From: a virus
Taxonomy: Duplodnaviria; Caudoviricetes
Direction: 5' to 3' (one strand)
Length of the DNA: 64,000 bases
Virus record (IMG/VR): IMGVR_UViG_3300036802_000003
Location: 32,001-96,000 of that record
The notes under the pieces: generated by a model
Database searches by the model: none
What the model was told of the DNA's origin: nothing
What the model saw: the letters and a program-made list of their open reading frames with translations, nothing else
Shown: in pieces, positions 56,630-64,000 of the stretch
How positions within the stretch are numbered: position 1 is the first letter of the stretch
How the letters are laid out: every line of letters starts with the position of its first letter
Program-made: the position numbers and the translations under genes

Positions 56630-56823
56630 TCCCTACTTAGAGTGGGGGTATATCCCTAGCCCTAGGCGTTTCTATGGGGTCTAGGTAGAAACTTGCTTCA
56701 TATAAAGAAGAGCGAGGTATCGCTTCACCACCAGTTCCCCCACCACAACCCTTATCTTTAATATAAATATAATATAATGTTCTAATATCCTCTTTCTTCT
56801 ATATAATTTCCTTTTAGTATACT

Positions 56824-56997
56824 AATAATACGATATATGCATATTACACACTTAATATATACACAAAACACAATATACTAAAACACATACTCTTAATAAG
56901 CGAATAATACGATATATACGGGCTATAACACTAAATCACAATAACACGATATCCTTGGGGCAGGACATTACTTGCAATATACGAATAATACGATATA
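56824..56997 (+). repeat. iteron-like direct repeats in an AT-rich non-coding region
   Basis: AATAATACGATATA at 56824, 56903, 56984; variant AATAACACGATATC at 56940. Confidence 0.75.
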
Positions 56998-57666
56998 CAC
57001 GGACTGTAGACATCGAGCATTTGCGTGGCGCAGGACAGGGCTTAGGGCGTACCTGATACAGCAGAGGCAGCGCTATAGTGCCTAAGCGTTCCAGCAGTCC
57101 GTGGGGCAGCACTAAGACGCTAGGCGTCCCCAGAATCCTTGGGGCAGTCTTAGATAGTAATCGACGTTCGTTATCACTTACTCTCTTCACCACCAATTAC
57201 CCCACCACCAACCTTTCGTACTAAATAGATATTATAAACTCTACTCTCTTATAACTTTCATCTGCTAACTATGTTCATCTTCCTTCCTCTTTTTCTTTTT
57301 GTGCCTTCAACTCCTACAACTATCAACTGTACACATTTTGTTACTGTATGTTTTCTCTCTTCTTCGTCTATGGTCTCGTTTTGACTGTACGTGGTATATG
57401 CCTCCGCATTTAAATTTTTTATTAAAGCTTAAAGATATAAATACTTAAAAGAGTCTTTTAATATACTCTTTTTTAAATTAAAAAATAAATACTTAAAAGC
57501 TTTAAATTACGTACGAAGTACGTAACTAAAAAGCGATAGCGACCATAGGAACGTCCCACCTGCAAGGAGTAGATTATAGGATGGTGGGTCATCCTCTACC
57601 AGTTTCGTAGGAAGGAGAAGATTTGGGACTTGTTCCCTTCTTTTAGTGCAAAGGGAGGTTGTGAGC

Positions 57667-58797
57667 ATGGGAGTGTTCAGTAACGAATTAATACAGAAAT
57701 TGAGAAACAAATACCTAGAAATCTGTAGCCATAAGGAGTTGTTGAAAGATATAAGTGGTGTATCAGAATTCAAAGAGTCAGAGCAAGCTATTAAATGGGA
57801 GCTAACTAAAGCCAAGGAAGATATGGGTACCTTGATGGATAAAGCTCTTAAGACTATGAAGTTAGCCAGTAACGTAGAGAGATTGTGGGATGACTGGTAT
57901 GTAGTACGTCATGTTAGACCAGGTGGTGAAACTGCTTTAGAGCTAAAGTGCCTAATACCTGGAGAAACTCCAAAGCTTCGTAGGGATGGTAGGAATGATA
58001 GAGAGTTAAGTAGAGCTGACTTAGACTTCTTCCTTCCAGCAATGGAGAATACCTTCAGTAAGCATTTATGGCAAGATGAGGTAAAGCTAGAGGTTGCTAA
58101 GTTGTACCCAATCTATGCTATAGAGAAGCCTAAGGTTGAAGTAGCTGACCAAGTGGTGATTAAACCTTTACCTAAGATAACAGTAGCTGAGGTCAATGGA
58201 GAATCCCAGATAGTAGTAGAGCCTAAGCCAGATAACAGCGTAACAGTACATGCTGGTGGTAGGTTCGTTCAACGTAAGTTGATGCTACATGTTAGCTCTT
58301 TAGATAAGGCTCAGAAGCATTTCCTACACAATGTAACAGAAATCAAGCCTAAGATTCTAGAAGCATTCCATGCTCCTACTACAGAGCTATTGTTTGAAGA
58401 TGAAGAAGGTATAGCGTACTACTTTGATGCTGATAACTTTGTATACCTTTGGGGTAAAGGCGATGGTAGAATCATTACCTTCTATGAAGAGGACTTTGGC
58501 TTTGCCAAGCATATCAACCGTAGCATTGTAATGCAACAGGTAGAAGAGTTGAAGAATGCCTATGAGTACTACTGTCAGCTTCAGGTAGAGAACGCTAATG
58601 AGCATGAGAATGCTAAATCATCCCTAGACTTGATAGCTGATGAGGAAGCGTTGCTACTAGCTAAGCTAGAAGCTCTTAGAGCACATAAGACAGAGATTAC
58701 TGCATCTCTTGACCTATCAGACAAGACTCTTGCTAGTCATAAGAAGGAATATGAAGCTGAACGTAATAAGCTATTCCGTAAATCCAAAACGAACTAG
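57667..58797 (+). CDS. hypothetical protein with C-terminal coiled coil
   Basis: GGGAGG RBS; long ORF. Confidence 0.8.
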   Translation: MGVFSNELIQKLRNKYLEICSHKELLKDISGVSEFKESEQAIKWELTKAKEDMGTLMDKALKTMKLASNVERLWDDWYVVRHVRPGGETALELKCLIPGETPKLRRDGRNDRELSRADLDFFLPAMENTFSKHLWQDEVKLEVAKLYPIYAIEKPKVEVADQVVIKPLPKITVAEVNGESQIVVEPKPDNSVTVHAGGRFVQRKLMLHVSSLDKAQKHFLHNVTEIKPKILEAFHAPTTELLFEDEEGIAYYFDADNFVYLWGKGDGRIITFYEEDFGFAKHINRSIVMQQVEELKNAYEYYCQLQVENANEHENAKSSLDLIADEEALLLAKLEALRAHKTEITASLDLSDKTLASHKKEYEAERNKLFRKSKTN

Positions 58798-58808
58798 GAG
58801 GAGATAGG

Positions 58809-59342
58809 ATGTATACATTAGAGAACTGTAAGGATTGTAGACATGAGAAGGTTTGTAAGTACATTGACGTATTCAAGAACATGAAGGATAACGGTGTACC
58901 AGTAGACTATGAAGACCCAAGCTTGTGTACTGCATTTGAACCTGATGTAGGTGATGCTGGGGTAGATGAACTCATTAAGACTATGCTCAAGACTAGCCCT
59001 AACGTACAGTTCATGTCTATGGATCAGTTTACTAAGGAAGCTAACGACAAGGTGATTCGTAGGCATGTAGGTAAGAAAGACCCAGATGAGGCTATACAAC
59101 AAATGAATGAGTATATCTTGAAGGGTATACGTGACTATCAAGTACAGGAAAAGATAGACCCTGATATGATTAAGTTCAACCCAGAGACCTTAGAGATGGT
59201 GGGACTTGAACTATCAGGTATATACTCTGTACCAGGCTTTGGTGACCTTGATGTGGAGTACGATGATGACATGGAGCTAGGTATGTTCTGGTTAGGTCAT
59301 ACTGAAGAGACTGAGGAAGACGGTGAGGAAGAAGAGTTCTAA
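58809..59342 (+). CDS. hypothetical acidic protein with Cys cluster
   Basis: CKDC.H..VC; AGGAGG RBS. Confidence 0.75.
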   Translation: MYTLENCKDCRHEKVCKYIDVFKNMKDNGVPVDYEDPSLCTAFEPDVGDAGVDELIKTMLKTSPNVQFMSMDQFTKEANDKVIRRHVGKKDPDEAIQQMNEYILKGIRDYQVQEKIDPDMIKFNPETLEMVGLELSGIYSVPGFGDLDVEYDDDMELGMFWLGHTEETEEDGEEEEF

Positions 59343-59418
59343 TAGAATAGTTGGTATAACAGGCGTGTATCATTGATACACGTCTTTTTTGTATTTTTTC
59401 AAAGAAAGGAGGGATACC

Positions 59419-59808
59419 ATGAAACGTCCAACACTGGTATCAAGCTTATCTGCGTCATTCCGAAAAGCTACCCTACCTGAGAATGCGGAGGAAGCTAAGT
59501 TAGAGCATAGGGCAACGGTCAGAAACCTGATTGATACCTATTTTGAAGACTTAGCCCAAAACAAGGTAGAGGGCATTAGGAATGCTAAGGAGCTTGCTGA
59601 GATTATTAAGCTAGACTTACTTCTTATGGGTGATGTAACTGAGCGTACTGAACAGCTTAGTGAACTGGATGAAGTGAAAATCAATAAGGTGGCTGAGCTT
59701 ATTGATATGGATGACCCTCATATTAGTGACTTACTTGCTAATATGATGAAGGAGCTTAACAAGGCTAATGACGATGCTGATATGTCTGTAGCTAAGAAGG
59801 GGGTGTAG
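59419..59808 (+). CDS. putative terminase small subunit
   Basis: helical 129-aa protein directly upstream of the large subunit. Confidence 0.5.
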   Translation: MKRPTLVSSLSASFRKATLPENAEEAKLEHRATVRNLIDTYFEDLAQNKVEGIRNAKELAEIIKLDLLLMGDVTERTEQLSELDEVKINKVAELIDMDDPHISDLLANMMKELNKANDDADMSVAKKGV

Positions 59809-59837
59809 CCCCCTTTATCTATTAAGGAGGGAGAAAG

Positions 59838-61514
59838 ATGCAAATATCCAAAGCACAACTGCAAGAGATGCTAATAAACAAAACACCATCTCTCTATGCA
59901 TTACGACATCGTTTCATCAAGGGAAACCCCCTTACATTCCATAGTACGAAGAATGCAATCAAACATAGACCTTGGCAAATAGACATCCTCAATGACCAGC
60001 ACCCTGATAAGGTAGTACGTAAGTCACGTCAGTTAGGTCTGTCAGAGATGGCTATCACAGAGTTCACATGGTTCTTGGATACTCATCCAAATACTAAGGC
60101 TATGTACACGTTCCCACGTAAAGAGCAAATGGAGGATTTTAGTAACACTCGTATAACTCCTATCTTCACTGAGTCAGACTACTTGAACAGTCGTCTTGAC
60201 CCTAAGATGAACAACGTTCGTCTTAAAAAGCTTACTAACCAGAGTGTATTGTTCCTACGTTCAGCGTGGGGTAGTGCACTGGGTGAGGGTACCGATATTG
60301 ATATGCTAGGACTGGATGAGTATGACCGTATGAAAGATGGAGTAGAGCTAGCCTTCCGTGAGTCTATGAAGTCATCTGCGTATGGTCTAATGAGACGTTG
60401 GAGTACTCCTACTATACCTGGTCGTGGTGTGGATTTACTATTCCAGAAGAGTGACCAACGCTTCTACCACCACAAGTGTGAGAAGTGTGGGCATTGGCAA
60501 TTCCTTACAGTTGAGGATAACATCCTACAGGTTAAGGATGATGGTGTTGATATAGTAAGGGAACAGATAAAGGATGGAACATTCATATTCATTTGTAGTG
60601 GTTGTAAGCAACCTCTTAACCGTTGGCATCAAGGTGAGTACGTAGCAAAGCACCCAGATGTGCATGAGATACGTGGCTACCACATCAGTCAGTTAGATGC
60701 TGTATGGATTAATGCTGATGAGATTATGCGTAACCAATTCCAGTATAAGATTAAGCAATTGTTCTATAACTACGTTATTGGTATACCTTATGCGTCTGAA
60801 GGCTTGCTTATCACTGACCAAGACATACTTGCGTGTAAGAAGTATGAAGAGCCAATAGGTTACAGGGATTATTCAAAGTATCAGAAGATTGTAGCTGGAG
60901 TAGACTGGGGTTACTTCAACTGGATGGTAGTGTTGGGTCTTACTCATGACAACCGTGTAGACCTATTAGACCTGCATTGGGTGGCTGATAACCCTAACAA
61001 ACCTCTAGAGAGCGTTAACATCTTCACAGCCCTATTGAAGCCATTTGACCCTGACGTTATTGTTGCCGATAATGGTTTTGGAGCTGACCGTAATAGTTAC
61101 TTAATGCAACAGTTCCCTGGTAGAGTGTATGCATGTGACTGGGATACCCCAAGGAACTCAATACCTCTAGTGGATGCATGGAATGACAAAGGTAGACGTG
61201 TAAGGGTTGACAAAACTACTAAGATGAAGCGTACTCTATACAACCTGAAAGCAAGAGCAATAGGGATGTTTGGTCAGTGTGAGAAGCTGGACATGTTAAC
61301 CAAGCATTTAAAGAACGTGAGAACTATCATGGAAGAGGAAGATGGAGAAGTGTATGAAAGGGTAACACGTGTAGGTGATGACCACTTAGCCTGTTCATTA
61401 ACATATGCGTATATAGCTCTTGACAGAATACTTGCTCTACATGAGCCTAACACTAACCTTGACTTTGACTTTATGCCAACAGGACAAGGAACACATGGAT
61501 ACGATAGGATGTGA
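59838..61514 (+). CDS. terL: terminase large subunit (Herelleviridae type)
   Basis: KSRQLGLSE, LDEYD, STPT, zinc-finger insert, GVDWG and DDH nuclease motifs. Confidence 0.92.
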   Translation: MQISKAQLQEMLINKTPSLYALRHRFIKGNPLTFHSTKNAIKHRPWQIDILNDQHPDKVVRKSRQLGLSEMAITEFTWFLDTHPNTKAMYTFPRKEQMEDFSNTRITPIFTESDYLNSRLDPKMNNVRLKKLTNQSVLFLRSAWGSALGEGTDIDMLGLDEYDRMKDGVELAFRESMKSSAYGLMRRWSTPTIPGRGVDLLFQKSDQRFYHHKCEKCGHWQFLTVEDNILQVKDDGVDIVREQIKDGTFIFICSGCKQPLNRWHQGEYVAKHPDVHEIRGYHISQLDAVWINADEIMRNQFQYKIKQLFYNYVIGIPYASEGLLITDQDILACKKYEEPIGYRDYSKYQKIVAGVDWGYFNWMVVLGLTHDNRVDLLDLHWVADNPNKPLESVNIFTALLKPFDPDVIVADNGFGADRNSYLMQQFPGRVYACDWDTPRNSIPLVDAWNDKGRRVRVDKTTKMKRTLYNLKARAIGMFGQCEKLDMLTKHLKNVRTIMEEEDGEVYERVTRVGDDHLACSLTYAYIALDRILALHEPNTNLDFDFMPTGQGTHGYDRM

Positions 61515-61518
61515 TGAT

Positions 61519-63375
61519 ATGGAACTGTATATAAACATAAGCAAAGGGATGCACACACTCAACACTGGTAAGCTGACACGTAAGCGTGTAATGGTTAAGG
61601 GGAAGAATGGGAGAACGTTCTATCGTATGCAATGGGTGAATCCATGGGATGCTAGTACTGGTCATGGTGTGAGGGCAATACACAATGGCAAACAGTTAGA
61701 TGAGGCAATACGACATGGCATTACCAGACAGCCTAACCTACAGCAACACCTATCTCATCAAGGTATACACTCAACACTAGACTTAAAGGATAAACTACAC
61801 TTTGACCATCCTCTGTTCTTACCTGAGACAGAGGAATCATCACAAGGGGCAATGTTCTTAGCCAACCATATACAGCATGGTAGTCAGAAGTACCTTGGTA
61901 TGTTTGATAACGACATCTACCAACACTCCAGAGAGATGAGCAAGATAGATGACATAACAGGTATGGAAGAGGCTGAACGCATGAGTTCACTAGGGGCTAA
62001 GCTACCTAGCTCTTTCCTTGAGACCTTAGATGAAGGCTCAACAGTGGATATAGGCTGGTCTGTATCTAAGATGAATGGTGCTGATATGGACAGAGCCAAG
62101 GAGTTAGCTAAGATGACCTATGGTGAGGACAGTATCCAGTATAATGCCATTAAGGATATGGAGCCAGACCCAGATAAGCAAGAGCAAGGGGAACAGAAGG
62201 TAGAGCATGTAATAGAGCCTAAGGATGAGAAGCCTGCATACGGCACACCAGAGGACTACCGCCCACATTACCATACTCATGATGAGAAGATTAACAACAT
62301 GACTGAGTGGCGTAGGGAAGCCACTGAGAAGGAGATGCAAGGGAAGAACAAAAAGGAAGCAATCACCCAGAGTATAGACTTTGATGAGTTGGAGAGTATG
62401 GATGAGGATACAGTAGCTGACATGCTAGAAGACCAAGACAAGTATGGTGACCTGCATGAGCAACATGAGACAGCAATGAAGCATATGCTTAACAGTCAGC
62501 TAGAGGCTGCTAAGGAGTCAGCTAAGGATGTCTTTGGTGAGCTATCACCTACAGCCATTGAGCATGTGTTCAGCTCACCTGAAGGTAAGTATACTGCTCA
62601 CATATCATCCATTAAGCCTGACATAATGAACTTGGGTATGGGCAAGTATGATGTCAACTGGTCTATGAGTATCAAGCTTAAATCAAAGGATGGATACCAT
62701 GCTGGTAACATCAACCGTACAGTTGGACGTGACCATGATGGTTCACTGGTGGTGCATAACGACTTGCTAGAGGTGGATGAGGACTACCAGAACATAGGCA
62801 TTGCAAGCAATGTGTATAACAGAAGTGAACAGATGTGGAAGCATATGGCAAAGGGCAACAAGGTTAAGATAAGCATATGTGCTAACATCACAGTAGGTGC
62901 TTATGCATGGGCTGACAAGAGCAAGGGCTTTGACTTTGCTGATAGCTATGAGCTAAAGGCTGCTAGGTCTGAGCTTAAGGACTTCATAAGTAACAACAAT
63001 TGGGATGAAGAGGAAGTCATGCAAGCCTGTGGATATGAGAATGTGGATGAGCTAGAGCATGCTTGGGAGTTCGCTGAACTGGATGATGGATACAGGTATG
63101 ACCTAACACCACATGCCTTTGAGGATATCAAGGGTGATGCCCACTTGGGCAAGGCATTCATGCTTACTAGTAAGTCCTCATGGGAAGCTGAGAAGCATAT
63201 CAATACTGATGGCAAGGCATACCAAGAGCAACTACGTGATGATAAGGTTGATGACTATCTAGCTGACACAGGGGATGAAGACCTAGACTATCTAGACCTA
63301 GATGATGACATGGATGATATCAGTGATGAAGAGCTAGAGCAATACTCAAGACTAATGGACAAGGAGAAGATGTAG
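61519..63375 (+). CDS. large acidic protein with C-terminal GNAT-like acetyltransferase domain
   Basis: VDEDYQNIGIAS (acetyl-CoA motif A) and GAYAWA...GFDF; basic N-terminal hairpin motif. Confidence 0.6.
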   Translation: MELYINISKGMHTLNTGKLTRKRVMVKGKNGRTFYRMQWVNPWDASTGHGVRAIHNGKQLDEAIRHGITRQPNLQQHLSHQGIHSTLDLKDKLHFDHPLFLPETEESSQGAMFLANHIQHGSQKYLGMFDNDIYQHSREMSKIDDITGMEEAERMSSLGAKLPSSFLETLDEGSTVDIGWSVSKMNGADMDRAKELAKMTYGEDSIQYNAIKDMEPDPDKQEQGEQKVEHVIEPKDEKPAYGTPEDYRPHYHTHDEKINNMTEWRREATEKEMQGKNKKEAITQSIDFDELESMDEDTVADMLEDQDKYGDLHEQHETAMKHMLNSQLEAAKESAKDVFGELSPTAIEHVFSSPEGKYTAHISSIKPDIMNLGMGKYDVNWSMSIKLKSKDGYHAGNINRTVGRDHDGSLVVHNDLLEVDEDYQNIGIASNVYNRSEQMWKHMAKGNKVKISICANITVGAYAWADKSKGFDFADSYELKAARSELKDFISNNNWDEEEVMQACGYENVDELEHAWEFAELDDGYRYDLTPHAFEDIKGDAHLGKAFMLTSKSSWEAEKHINTDGKAYQEQLRDDKVDDYLADTGDEDLDYLDLDDDMDDISDEELEQYSRLMDKEKM

Positions 63376-63540
63376 ATGAGTGATAAACTGAGACAGTTCA
63401 CAAGTGTTAAGCCTAAGCATAAGATTGAGGGCACAGAGGGATTAATCAAGACTAAGGATGGCAAGACAATAAGAGATGACAGCTGGCTCCACCCTAGTGC
63501 TGGAGTGAAGAGGAAGAACCCAGAGGTACGGGGTGGGTAG
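63376..63540 (+). CDS. 54-aa basic protein
   Basis: AAGGAG RBS; abuts previous stop. Confidence 0.5.
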   Translation: MSDKLRQFTSVKPKHKIEGTEGLIKTKDGKTIRDDSWLHPSAGVKRKNPEVRGG

Positions 63541-63842
63541 GCACCACCCCCCCCTATCTCTAACCCCCACCCCCTAAAGTTTTCTTTTTTGCCGTAGGTA
63601 GGAGTCCCGTTTCCTTTGGGAGTCTCACACCTGCCCCAACCCGACCGCCTTACACACCAACTTGTATCTTTTCGCATCCCCACATCACCCCCTACCCCCG
63701 ACACTCCCCAATATACCCCCACCCACCTTTTCTAACCCCCCCCACCCTTATTTTCACCCTATAAAAAAGTACGTCACCTCCTTTTTCGTAGAAAAGAAAA
63801 CTTTTTTCTTTCGCATTCTTTTTAGTAAGGAGGGAAGAGAGC

Positions 63843-64000
63843 ATGCCTAACATAAAGTCAGAACCACCTACTCTTAACATTCACGGTATGGATATTCCTA
63901 TAATCATACCTGGCAACATGAGATTTCAGATAAGGAATAGAACTGCCTACTTTGAACTGCATAGGATAATGCTACCTAAGGAGCTTATGGGAGTGCTGAC
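63843..64000 (+). CDS. hypothetical protein (3' truncated)
   Basis: AAGGAGG RBS; open to window end. Confidence 0.55.
   Translation, partial: MPNIKSEPPTLNIHGMDIPIIIPGNMRFQIRNRTAYFELHRIMLPKELMGVL

Larger units (their letters stand above)
48351..56706 (+). repeat. dispersed 36-bp motif B, 5 copies, all on + strand
   Basis: TCTATG-N6-ASSTASAAA-N4-YTTC..AT.AA at 48351, 50752, 53616, 54816, 56671. Confidence 0.8.

Noticed and set aside
56936-57196. 86-aa minus-strand ORF
   Set aside because: Runs through repeats and a GC-rich hairpin block; codon style unlike real genes. Not fully excluded
63288-63880. Gly/Pro-rich ORFs across the C-run tract
   Set aside because: By-products of homopolymer runs; no RBS
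1-64000. tRNA genes and the many antisense shadow ORFs in the track
   Set aside because: No cloverleaf with a T-loop seen by eye (tRNAscan-SE would settle it); shadow ORFs lie opposite well-supported genes

Overview
A 64-kb segment of a large lytic Bacillus-type myovirus of the SPO1/Herelleviridae kind. Gene content and order suggest a CP-51/JL/Shanette-like phage; this is from recall, not a search. No rRNA, tRNA, CRISPR array or integrase was seen. 1-43 kb holds replication, nucleotide metabolism and transcription genes: SbcC-like ATPase end, primase, dUTPase, resolvase, gp28-like middle sigma, dUMP hydroxymethylase-like TS, TF1, UDG-fused family A polymerase, SSB, 5'-3' exonuclease, ligase, gp33/gp34-like late factors, dNK, PcrA and Sir2. 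Together these point to hydroxymethyluracil DNA. 43-46 kb is a small Ig/LamG structural-type operon. 48.3-57.6 kb is a convergently transcribed early 'host-takeover' region, probably in or at the terminal repeat. 59.4-63.4 kb carries the terminase and a GNAT-domain protein. The most notable unexplained items are: (1) an inverted 8-gene module of pilin-like protein, ParM actin, RHH adaptor with internal DNA repeats, three micro membrane proteins, VirB4/VirD4-like ATPase and Replic_Relax nuclease; (2) a three-gene cluster of Tad2-like and Acb2/Tad1-like sponge domains, including a fusion and an uncalled 57-aa gene; (3) a covarying branched RNA element repeated seven times, each directly ahead of an RBS; (4) a 36-bp motif repeated five times in fixed orientation; (5) several structured ncRNA candidates; (6) a 4-5 member paralog family. 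All protein calls come from motif recognition by eye.
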